DNA from: Nemertoderma westbladi
Lineage: Eukaryota > Animalia > Xenacoelomorpha
Reading direction: 5' to 3'
Assembly (NCBI GenBank): GCA_032718475.1
Contig: JAUCBJ010003593.1
Span: forward strand, 3,207-67,206
Length of the DNA: 64,000 nt
This document shows positions 25,901 to 37,479 of this stretch, in pieces. A model generated the notes under the pieces. It did not search any database. It was not told where the DNA came from and was given only the letters and a program-made list of their open reading frames with translations. How positions within the stretch are numbered: position 1 is the stretch's first letter; the number at the start of each line of letters is the position of its first letter. Both the position numbers and the translations under genes were made by a program.

Positions 25901-28900
25901 GGTGGGGATGGTGTTCCTGGTGGAGATGGTGTTCCTGGTGGGGATGGTGTTCCTGGTGGAGATGGTGTTCCTGGTGTTCCTGGTGGTGATGGTGTACCTG
26001 GTGGTGATGGTGTACCTGGTGGGGATGGTGTTCCTGGTGGGGATGGTGTTCCTGGTGGAGATGGTGTTCCTGGTGGGGATGGTGTTCCTGGTGGTGATGG
26101 TGTACCTGGTGGGGATGGTGTTCCTGGTGGGGATGGTGTACCTGGTGGGGATGGTGTTCCTGGTGGAGATGGTGTTCCTGGTGGGGATGGTGTTCCTGGT
26201 GGAGATGGTGTTCCTGGTGGGGATGGTGTTCCTGGTGGAGATGGTGTTCCTGGTGGGGATGGTGTACCTGGTGGAGATGGTGTTCCTGGTGGGGACGGTG
26301 TTCCTGGTGGGGATGGTGTTCCTGGTGGGGATGGTGTTCCTGGTGGAGATGGTGTTCCTGGTGGGGATGGTGTTCCTGGTGGAGATGGTGTTCCTGGTGG
26401 GGATGGTGTTCCTGGTGGGGATGGTGTTCCTGGTGGGGATGGTGTACCTGGTGGAGATGGTGTTCCTGGTGGGGATGGTGTTCCTGGTGGAGATGGTGTT
26501 CCTGGTGGGGATGGTGTACCTGGTGGAGATGGTGTTCCTGGTGGGGATGGTGTTCCTGGTGGGGATGGTGTTCCTGGTGGAGATGGTGTTCCTGGTGGAG
26601 ATGGTGTTCCTGGTGGAGATGGTGTTCCTGGTGGGGATGGTGTTCCTGGTGGAGATGGTGTTCCTGGTGGAGATGGTGTTCCTGGTGGAGATGGTGTTCC
26701 TGGTGGGGATGGTGTTCCTGGTGGAGATGGTGTTCCTGGTGGGGATGGTGTTCCTGGTGGAGATGGTGTTCCTGGTGGGGATGGTGTTCCTGGTGGAGAT
26801 GGTGTTCCTGGTGGAGATGGTGTTCCTGGTGGAGATGGTGTTCCTGGTGGGGATGGTGTACCTGGTGGAGATGGTGTTCCTGGTGGGGATGGTGTTCCTG
26901 GTGGGGATGGTGTTCCTGGTGGGGATGGTGTACCTGGTGGAGATGGTGTTCCTGGTGGGGATGGTGTTCCTGGTGGAGATGGTGTTCCTGGTGGGGATGG
27001 TGTTCCTGGTGGAGATGGTGTTCCTGGTGGAGATGGTGTTCCTGGTGGAGATGGTGTTCCTGGTGGGGATGGTGTTCCTGGTGGAGATGGTGTTCCTGGT
27101 GGGGATGGTGTTCCTGGTGGGGATGGTGTTCCTGGTGGGGATGGTGTTCCTGGTGGAGATGGTGTTCCTGGTGGGGATGGTGTTCCTGGTGGAGATGGTG
27201 TTCCTGGTGGAGATGGTGTTCCTGGTGGGGATGGTGTTCCTGGTGGAGATGGTGTTCCTGGTGGGGATGGTGTTCCTGGTGGAGATGGTGTTCCTGGTGG
27301 GGATGGTGTTCCTGGTGGGGATGGTGTTCCTGGTGGAGATGGTGTTCCTGGTGGGGATGGTGTTCCTGGTGGGGATGGTGTTCCTGGTGGGATGGTGTTC
27401 CTGGTGGGGATGGTGTTCCTGGTGGGGATGGTGTTCCTGGTGGGGATGGTGTTCCTGGTGGGGATGGTGTTCCTGGTGGAGATGGTGTTCCTGGTGGGGA
27501 TGGTGTTCCTGGTGGAGATGGTGTTCCTGGTGGGGATGGTGTTCCTGGTGGAGATGGTGTTCCTGGTGGGGATGGTGTTCCTGGTGGGGATGGTGTTCCT
27601 GGTGGAGATGGTGTTCCTGGTGGGGATGGTGTTCCTGGTGGAGATGGTGTTCCTGGTGGGGATGGTGTTCCTGGTGGGGATGGTGTTCCTGGTGGGGATG
27701 GTGTTCCTGGTGGGGATGGTGTTCCTGGTGGAGATGGTGTTCCTGGTGGAGATGGTGTTCCTGGTGGAGATGGTGTTCCTGGTGGGGATGGTGTTCCTGG
27801 TGGGGATGGTGTTCCTGGTGGGGATGGTGTTCCTGGTGGGGATGGTGTTCCTGGTGGGGATGGTGTACCTGGTGGAGATGGTGTTCCTGGTGGGGATGGT
27901 GTTCCTGGTGGGGATGGTGTTCCTGGTGGAGATGGTGTTCCTGGTGGGGATGGTGTTCCTGGTGGAGATGGTGTTCCTGGTGGGGATGGTGTTCCTGGTG
28001 GAGATGGTGTTCCTGGTGGGGATGGTGTTCCTGGTGGAGATGGTGTTCCTGGTGGAGATGGTGTTCCTGGTGGAGATGGTGTTCCTGGTGGGGATGGTGT
28101 TCCTGGTGGGGATGGTGTTCCTGGTGGAGATGGTGTACCTGGTGGGGATGGTGTTCCTGGTGGGGATGGTGTTCCTGGTGGAGATGGTGTTCCTGGTGGA
28201 GATGGTGTTCCTGGTGGGGATGGTGTTCCTGGTGGAGATGGTGTTCCTGGTGGGGATGGTGTACCTGGTGGAGATGGTGTTCCTGGTGGGGATGGTGTTC
28301 CTGGTGGAGATGGTGTTCCTGGTGGGGATGGTGTACCTGGTGGGGATGGTGTACCTGGTGGTGATGGTGTTCCTGGTGGGGATGGTGTTCCTGGTGGAGA
28401 TGGTGTTCCTGGTGGGGATGGGGTTCCTGGTGGAGATGGTGTACCTGGTGGAGATGGTGTTCCTGGTGGGGACGGTGTACCTGGTGGAGATGGTGTTCCT
28501 GGTGGGGATGGTGTTCCTGGTGGGGATGGTGTTCCTGGTGGGGATGGTGTTCCTGGTGGGGATGGTGTTCCTGGTGGGGATGGTGTTCCCGGTGGAGATG
28601 GTGTTCCTGGTGGGGATGGTGTACCTGGTGGAGATGGTGTTCCTGGTGGGGATGGTGTACCTGGTGGAGATGGTGTTCCTGGTGGGGATGGTGTTCCTGG
28701 TGGAGATGGTGTTCCTGGTGGAGATGGTGTTCCTGGTGGGGATGGTGTTCCTGGTGGGGATGGTGTACCTGGTGGGGATGGTGTTCCTGGTGGGGATGGT
28801 GTTCCTGGTGGGGATGGGGTTCCTGGTGGGGATGGTGTTCCTGGTGGGGATGGTGTTCCTGGTGGAGATGGTGTTCCTGGTGGGGATGGTGTTCCTGGTG

Positions 28901-31900
28901 GAGATGGTGTACCTGGTGGAGATGGAGTTCCTGGTGGGGATGGTGTACCTGGTGGAGATGGTGTTCCTGGTGGGGATGGTGTTCCTGGTGGGGATGGTGT
29001 TCCTGGTGGGGATGGTGTACCTGGTGGTGATGGTGTTCCTGGTGGGGATGGTGTTCCTGGTGGGGATGGTGTTCCTGGTGGAGATGGTGTTCCTGGTGGG
29101 GATGGTGTTCCTGGTGGAGATGGTGTTCCTGGTGGGGATGGTGTACCTGGTGGAGATGGTGTTCCTGGTGGAGATGGTGTTCCTGGTGGAGATGGTGTTC
29201 CTGGTGGAGATGGTGTTCCTGGTGGAGATGGTGTTCCTGGTGGAGATGGTGTTCCTGGTGGGGATGGTGTTCCTGGTGGGGATGGTGTTCCTGGTGGAGA
29301 TGGTGTTCCTGGTGGGGATGGTGTTCCTGGTGGAGATGGTGTTCCTGGTGGGGATGGTGTTCCTGGTGGGGATGGTGTACCTGGTGGTGATGGTGTTCCT
29401 GGTGGGGATGGTGTTCCTGGTGGAGATGGTGTTCCTGGTGGGGATGGGGTTCCTGGTGGAGATGGTGTTCCTGGTGGGGATGGTGTTCCTGGTGGAGATG
29501 GTGTTCCTGGTGGAGATGGTGTTCCTGGTGGAGATGGTGTTCCTGGTGGAGATGGTGTTCCTGGTGGAGATGGTGTTCCTGGTGGGGATGGTGTTCCTGG
29601 TGGGGATGGTGTACCTGGTGGTGATGGTGTTCCTGGTGGGGATGGTGTTCCTGGTGGAGATGGTGTTCCTGGTGGGGATGGTGTTCCTGGTGGGGATGGT
29701 GTACCTGGTGGTGATGGTGTTCCTGGTGGGGATGGTGTTCCTGGTGGAGATGGTGTTCCTGGTGGGGATGGGGTTCCTGGTGGAGATGGTGTTCCTGGTG
29801 GGGATGGTGTTCCTGGTGGAGATGGTGTTCCTGGTGGGGATGGTGTTCCTGGTGGGGATGGTGTACCTGGTGGTGATGGTGTTCCTGGTGGAGATGGTGT
29901 TCCTGGTGGGGATGGGGTTCCTGGTGGAGATGGTGTTCCTGGTGGGGATGGTGTTCCTGGTGGAGATGGTGTTCCTGGTGGAGATGGTGTTCCTGGTGGA
30001 GATGGTGTTCCTGGTGGAGATGGTGTTCCTGGTGGGGATGGTGTTCCTGGTGGGGATGGTGTACCTGGTGGTGATGGTGTTCCTGGTGGGGATGGTGTTC
30101 CTGGTGGGGATGGTGTACCTGGTGGAGATGGTGTTCCTGGTGGGGATGGTGTACCTGGTGGAGATGGTGTTCCTGGTGGGGATGGTGTACCTGGTGGAGA
30201 TGGTGTTCCTGGTGGGGATGGTGTTCCTGGTGGGGATGGTGTTCCTGGTGGGGATGGTGTTCCTGGTGGAGATGGTGTTCCTGGTGGAGATGGTGTTCCT
30301 GGTGGAGATGGTGTTCCTGGTGGGGATGGTGTTCCTGGTGGGGATGGTGTACCTGGTGGGCTAGGTGTTCCTGGTGGAGATGGTGTTCCTGGTGGGGATG
30401 GTGTTCCTGGTGGAGATGGTGTTCCTGGTGGGGATGGTGTTCCTGGTGGAGATGGTGTCCCTGGTGGGGATGGTGTTCCTGGTGGGGATGGTGTTCCTGG
30501 TGGGGATGGTGTACCTGGTGGAGATGGTGTTCCTGGTGGGGATGGTGTTCCTGGTGGGGATGGTGTTCCTGGTGGGGATGGTGTACCTGGTGGAGATGGT
30601 GTTCCTGGTGGGGATGGTGTTCCTGGTGGGGATGGTGTTCCTGGTGGGGATGGTGTACCTGGTGGAGATGGTGTTCCTGGTGGGGATGGTGTACCTGGTG
30701 GAGATGGTGTTCCTGGTGGGGATGGTGTACCTGGTGGAGATGGTGTTCCTGGTGGGGATGGTGTACCTGGTGGAGATGGTGTTCCTGGTGGGGATGGTGT
30801 ACCTGGTGGAGATGGTGTTCCTGGTGGGGACGGTGTTCCTGGTGGGGATGGTGTTCCTGGTGGGGATGGTGTTCCTGGTGGGGATGGTGTTCCTGGTGGG
30901 GATGGTGTTCCTGGTGGAGATGGTGTTCCTGGTGGAGATGGTGTTCCTGGTGGAGATGGTGTTCCTGGTGGGGATGGTGTTCCTGGTGGGGATGGTGTAC
31001 CTGGTGGGCTAGGTGTTCCTGGTGGAGATGGTGTTCCTGGTGGGGATGGTGTTCCTGGTGGAGATGGTGTTCCTGGTGGGGATGGTGTTCCTGGTGGAGA
31101 TGGTGTTCCTGGTGGGGACGGTGTTCCTGGTGGGGATGGTGTTCCTGGTGGGGATGGTGTTCCTGGTGGGGATGGTGTTCCTGGTGGGGATGGTGTTCCT
31201 GGTGGAGATGGTGTTCCTGGTGGAGATGGTGTTCCTGGGGGAGATGGTGTTCCTGGTGGGGATGGTGTTCCTGGTGGAGATGGTGTTCCTGGTGGGGACG
31301 GTGTTCCTGGTGGGGATGGTGTTCCTGGTGGGGATGGTGTTCCTGGTGGGGATGGTGTTCCTGGTGGGGATGGTGTTCCTGGTGGAGATGGTGTTCCTGG
31401 TGGAGATGGTGTTCCTGGTGGGGATGGTGTTCCTGGTGGGGATGGTGTTCCTGGTGGGGATGGTGTTCCTGGTGGAGATGGTGTACCTGGTGGAGATGGT
31501 GTTCCTGGTGGGGACGGTGTTCCTGGTGGGGATGGTGTTCCTGGTGGGGATGGTGTTCCTGGTGGGGATGGTGTTCCTGGTGGGGATGGTGTTCCTGGTG
31601 GAGATGGTGTTCCTGGTGGAGATGGTGTTCCTGGTGGAGATGGTGTTCCTGGTGGGGATGGGATTCCTGGTGGAGATGGTGTTCCTGGTGGGGATGGTGT
31701 TCCTGGTGGAGATGGTGTTCCTGGTGGGGATGGTGTTCCTGGTGGAGATGGTGTTCCTGGTGGGGATGGTGTTCCTGGTGGAGATGGTGTTCCTGGTGGA
31801 GATGGTGTTCCTGGTGGAGATGGTGTTCCTGGTGGGGATGGTGTTCCTGGTGGGGATGGTGTTCCTGGTGGAGATGGTGTTCCTGGTGGGGATGGTGTTC

Positions 31901-32730
31901 CTGGTGGGGATGGTGTTCCTGGTGGGGATGGTGTTCCTGGTGGAGATGGTGTTCCTGGTGGGGATGGTGTTCCTGGTGGGGATGGTGTACCTGGTGGAGA
32001 TGGTGTTCCTGGTGGTGATGGTGTCCCTGGTGGAGATGGTGTTCCTGGTGGGGATGGTGTTCCTGGTGGAGATGGTGTTCCTGGTGGAGATGGTGTTCCT
32101 GGTGGAGATGGTGTTCCTGGTGGTGATGGTGTTCCTGGTGGAGATGGTGTTCCTGGTGGAGATGGTGTTCCTGGGGGAGATGGTGTTCCTGGTGGAGATG
32201 GTGTTCCTGGTGGAGATGGTGTTCCTGGTGGAGATGGTGTTTCTGGTGGGGATGGTGTCCCTGGTGGAGATGGTGTTCCTGGTGGGGATGGTGTTCCTGG
32301 TGGGGATGGTGTCCCTGGTGGAGATGGTGTTCCTGGTGGGGATGGTGTTCCTGGTGGAGATGGTGTTCCTGGTGGAGATGGTGTTCCTGGGGGAGATGGT
32401 GTTCCTGGTGGAGATGGTGTTCCTGGTGGGGATGGTGTTCCTGGTGGAGATGGTGTTCCTGGTGGGGACGGTGTTCCTGGTGGAGATGGTGTTCCTGGTG
32501 GGGATGGTGTACCTGGTGGAGATGGTGTTCCTGGTGGGGATGGTGTTCCTGGTGGGGATGGTGTTCCTGGTGGGGATGGTGTTCCTGGTGGGGATGGTGT
32601 TCCCGGTGGAGATGGTGTTCCTGGTGGGGATGGTGTACCTGGTGGAGATGGTGTTCCTGGTGGGGATGGTGTACCTGGTGGAGATGGTGTTCCTGGTGGG
32701 GATGGTGTACCTGGTGGAGATGGTGTTCCT
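13958..32730 (-). repeat. Coding 18-bp tandem array, ~1,040 units of GGA ACA CCA TCY CCA CCA (GTPSPP)
   Basis: Direct periodicity over 18.8 kb; variation is almost wholly synonymous in the GTPSPP frame. Confidence 0.98.
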
Positions 32731-32800
32731 GTAGGACCTACTGTAGGTGCTCCTGTAGGTCCTGTTGTAGGTCCTGGTGTAGCTCCTGGTCCTTGTGTAG
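13971..32800 (-). CDS. Exon 12 (up to ~18.8 kb): [24 protein letters not shown]-(GTPSPP)~1040; nine 1-bp indels in this assembly
   Basis: Acceptor TTGTAG at 32801. Last available donor CAG|GTACAC at 13970, phase 1-1, fits exon 13. The 3' boundary is inferred. Confidence 0.75.
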
Positions 32801-33039
32801 CTACAATAAAAATGATCAAGATGTAGATATTGACAAAAATGTGGTGCTATTACCAAACATGTTACCCCCATGTTTTGACTAATTATTGCAATATCCTGCA
32901 TTTTTAATAGTAAAATACAAAAGCAATCTGGACATAATATTACAATAATAAGAGTAATGGGACATTTTATATAACCTAAATAAGTTTGTGTGGGGGTGGC
33001 GAGCAAGAAGGGCCTGCAGATGATAATGTTACTCTAAAA

Positions 33040-34526
33040 AAATAAATTAAGAAGACAACAATACTAATTTGATAAAATGTGATAAAAAAAAAGGGAAAGG
33101 AATAATAGAAAGCATCTCTCGTCTAGGTTTCTGTTAGAGGGGAAGGTGCCGAGGACTGCGGTGGCATTTCCTCTTACCATCGCCATGGATAGGCGTTGGT
33201 GGAGGAAAGCTGTGGACCGGGGTTCATCAGTGGTATGTGCGATCCTCCTCCCTATCTCACGAATGGTGCTGGTTGCTTCAGCACCAATGGGTCCGAGGGT
33301 CTCTGTAGCTATAGTCACAAAGTGGTAGTCATGGCACAGGTCAGCGTATTTGTGTGACTTTAAACGCTCTGCTGCGGTTGCTGCTGCTCCGGCTGTCTTC
33401 TGGGACGTCGTGGGGAGGTAGGATGTCGCTAGGGTATCTCTACATGTATAGTCCCAAACAAGCATGCTGCCTTTTGACCATGGTGACAGAGTCATTCCAT
33501 CAGGTTTTTTCCCATCTCTCGTCATGCCTCTTGGTTCTAGGGTGGATGGTATACCAGCTGAGTTAAGGGCGCGGTGGATGATGTCGTTCGCTTCAGCGTG
33601 GCGGGTGTATTTGCCATAGTTGTGGATGCAGCTTAGTCCGTGTACACCTGAGGTGTTTACTTGAGTACCGCAGCTCCTACATTAATGCTCAGTGCAGATT
33701 GTTCAATGCTCAGAGCTACGCCAATTCGTCATCCTCGAGGCGGAGTCCCAGTGAAGATATTGGAAGGGCGTTTAGCCAGTCCCCAGCGTGATCTGCCCTG
33801 GCGGCTAACAGACGTGCCTTGCTGAGGGGGGTGCTAGCGGCTGCTAGTAGTTCTTCAAACCGGATAACGCTCATGGGGTGGTCCCATGCTTTCTGTATAG
33901 AAGGGTTGGGTGGTGGACTTGTTCCTGGGGGGAGATGTATCCTAGCCTGGGTTATTGCTGGATCTGTATTAACTTCAACATGAAGAGGGAGGAGTGCTTG
34001 GAGTAGGGGAGTGCATCCGAAGACTGATGCCAAAAAGGCAGGTACTGAAACGTCCCGCGTACTCCTAATGCCCAAACCCCCGAGTAATACTGGGAGGGAG
34101 GCTTGTTTCCATGCAGTGTTGTCTAGTTTAGAGTTGGTCGCCACCTCGAGGGCTTGACGGATTGTGGTTTCGAGTTGTCGGAGGGTTGGTGAGATGAAGC
34201 ATGGCGAGCACCTGAGAATATGCATCAGTTTGGGGATTGCGAAGCAGTGTCTAAGTAAGAAAAGGGCATCGTGGGAGGAGAGTAGGTGCAGTCGTTGTGT
34301 GAATCGCGTGAGGTCAGTTATCTTCTCCTGGAGAGTGGTTTCAAGTGCTGATTCTCCTAGGGGTGCCCCCAGTAGGGTCAAATTGTCAAACTCCACTGGT
34401 TTAATGCCTGGCGTTATCTTGTCAAAGATTGCGGTGGTTGTTGTCTTAAGGTCCTCTGGGAAGCTGGGAGCGAAAATCAGTTCACACTTAGTTGGCTTGA
34501 TTGTGAGCCCTAGCTTGGCTGCCTGA
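33040..34526 (-). mobile_element. 5'-truncated CRE-like non-LTR retrotransposon (RT thumb + restriction-like endonuclease)
   Basis: QASLPVLLGGLGIR, AGDWLNALP...LGLRL, HGLSC..RH, KKPDG..PW..G..LVWDYTCRDT, FLHQRLSMAMVRGNA; homologous to 52585-53981. Confidence 0.85.
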
Positions 34527-35707
34527 TCATATGGTTTTGTTCTAAATTATATAATTAACATAAGGTGTAATTGAGAATTTTAACTTGAGATTTATAGTGA
34601 AGAGATGTTTAAGATCTCAAACTGCACTACATAATACGTAAGTTACATTAATTGTATAAACATTTGCGTTAAATTGAAGCTATTCGTATCATTTATGTGA
34701 GCATGTAAATATTGTATACTATTATTTTCTAGTATTTTGGTGACAGTTATCAATATAGTGATAAAGATAGTAATATAGAGATAGCAATACAGTCAATATA
34801 GTTAATTAAATTGTTTTCAACCTAATAAATTTATCATTCCCCCCCCCCCCCCCCCCCCCATTTTATACATAATTTGTGATCAAAGAGATAAGATCACTAA
34901 AGGCCACTCCAACTAGTTGATTGGCACTTACACCGACATCAATGGATGGCTATGCTTCATGCAGTAGGAGTAGTCCCTCTCTAGACTAAACCCAACCCAA
35001 CCCAGCCAAGCCAACCAACAACTCTTCCTTCCCTCTTTGCAATGTGGTGGTAGCCCGCCAAGTTGGTGATTGACAACTTAAATTAAGATGCTGCTACGTC
35101 AGAAAGCGGCACACATCAATAGAATTACAGGAAAACAATTAATATGTGCCTGGATTGAAAATTATATAAGATATTTATTATTAAAAAGTACCTTTCCGGT
35201 TTAAATTTTATTGCGGTTTTAATGAACTATTACTTATTTCGTTCTTGTTAGGAGAACCATGTGAATGACGACCACCTAAATTTGTACAAAATTTGGGATA
35301 ATAATTTGACAAATTAATAATCGTATTTTTTGCATTTTTGCTGCTCTACTATAATATAGACATATTGAACATGTAATTATTAATTACACTTCTCATGCAT
35401 TTTTGAACGAATTTACAAGAATGCGAGCTGGGGTCCAAGTCTCCCACCCTAGGTGTCAAGTCTTCCCCCATTGAGGGAGACTTGACGCTTTTTCGAAAAT
35501 ATGAATTATTGGATTTAATTAAAAAATTTTAAGTGTTGAATTTCCCAAAGTTTCACATAATAATAGCAATCGTAAATGTAATGTGAAAAAGTTAAATTGG
35601 AAAAATAATTTATCTATTCTTTAGAACGATTATAACTTTTGGGGTTCAAGTCTCCCTCACTCACCCCCTACTAACTGCAGTATTGTGAAAGTTGAATTCT
35701 AATAACT

Positions 35708-37443
35708 CACCAAGGTTAAGGCTGAATCACCAGCCGTTCGCCTCAATGGTTGGAAGGCCCACTTTGAAAAGCTCCTCAATAATGACAGGGTATTGCCTGA
35801 TAAATTTATAGAAGTAAAAGTGTCTGAGTCTGTACTCCCAGATATTCCCATTGGCGATATCTCCTTTGCAGAAGTGAAGGCTGCTGCAAAGAGCATTAAG
35901 ACCAATCGTGCCAGTGGAGTAGATGGTGTTCCCCCTGAGGTCTTTAAAATACCTGAGTGTTTAAAGCTCATCTATCCCATCATAGTAGACATGTACCGAA
36001 CAACAAGAGTCCCACAAGAAATGAAAACAAATACAGTAAGTTGGTGCCAGTTCCCAAGAAGGGCAACCTAACACTCTTTTCGGGGAATCTCATTGATCTC
36101 GATTGCAGCAAAGCTATACAATAGAATTCTATTAAATCGCATCAGGGATCCCATTGAGAGACTGCTCCGTGGAAATCAGAATGGGTTCCGTAAAGGTCGT
36201 GGGACCATGGAGCCCATTTTGGCACTTAGAAGAATATTTGAAGAGTTATCAAAAAAGAAAGACAGGCATCTGGCTGTTATCTTTGTTGACTTCTTCAAGG
36301 CCTTTGATTCTGTCTCCCGCTCACGTATGTTCAGCATACTTTCATTATATGGGATTCCTGATGAAATTATTGCAGCAATCAGATCAGTATACGATGGTTC
36401 GACAACATTTGTGTCTACTGTTGACGGTGACACAGAACCATTTGAAGTGTTATGAGGGCGTCCTCCAGGGAGACATACTTGCACCATTCTTGTTCATAAT
36501 TGTGACTGACTATGTTCTACGCATGTCCTTAGATCATCATAATGATGATGGGGTGATGATAACTCCACCTACTGGATCCAGAAGTCGAGGAAATCCTGCC
36601 AAGTACCTAACTGATCTAGACTTTGCTGATGACTTAGGAGTACTCTCAGAATCACTAGAGGGAGCCCAACGGCTCCTCAGCTCATTGGAACATGCTGCTT
36701 CTAGTGTTGGTCTTTTTATTAACTCCAGAAAGACCACAATTTTGACAGCTAAATTTGAAAGTTCTCAGCAAGTCTCTGATCGGATGAGCATAAGCTCAAA
36801 GGATGGTATGCTTGAGCATGTGGACGACTTCTGTTACCTGGGATCATGGATCCGGAAGTCAGGTGAGGACCTTCGAATACGTAAGGGAAAGGCATGGGCA
36901 GCCTTGAATAGGCTTTTCAGGATTTGGAAGTCAGCGAGAATTAATCGGAAACTTAAGGTCCGATTATTTAGAGCAGCAGTAGTTCCAGTACTCCTCTATG
37001 GGAGTCCATGCTGGGCTCTAACTGCTGAGGACACCAAATCTCTGGATGGCACATTCACAAGAATGCTACGCCGGGTTCATTGTGTCAAGTACAATGCTCA
37101 CATCTCCAACCAGACACTATATAACATTGGAGGTGTCTCATTGGTTCCCCCAAGCTTGACACTAGAACAAAATCGCCTCCGCTTTGCAGGACATTGCTTT
37201 CGCCGTGAGGACCAGCCAGTGCAAAATCTTGTACTTTGGCAGCCTCATGGAGTGAATAAGCATGGTGGACAGCCCATGACTTTCTTGAGACGCATCTTAA
37301 AGGACACTGGCCTTGAAGATGCGGATGATCTAGCAAATGTCATCGGTGATAGGGAGTTGTGGCGGCGCAATTTTGTCGACAAACCGGCACAGCATTCTTA
37401 AAAATGCAGCTGCAATACAGCATGCCGATAGTAGTAGTAGTAG
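35708..37443 (+). mobile_element. 5'-truncated RTE-clade LINE with (TAG)n tail and 36-bp target-site duplication
   Basis: RT motifs NQNGFRKGR, FVDFFKAFDSV, GVLQGDILAPFLF, LDFADD, FCYLGS. TSD at 35672-35707 and 37444-37479; the empty site is seen in the paralogous intron at ~49359. Confidence 0.95.
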
Positions 37444-37479
37444 TAACTGCAGTATTGTGAAAGTTGAATTCTAATAACT

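Noticed and set aside
13958-32730. Collagen interpretation of the Gly/Pro repeats
   Set aside because: Gly occurs every sixth residue in the coding frame, not Gly-X-Y.
13958-32734. Plus-strand ORFs encoding elastin-like (VPGGDG)n, (MVFLV[EG])n or (WCSWW[RG])n
   Set aside because: These are shadow frames. The VPGGDG frame shares third codon positions with the minus-strand frame, but recurrent variants (D->L, D->E) are nonsynonymous on plus and silent on minus. Splice sites and flanking Cys domains are all on minus.
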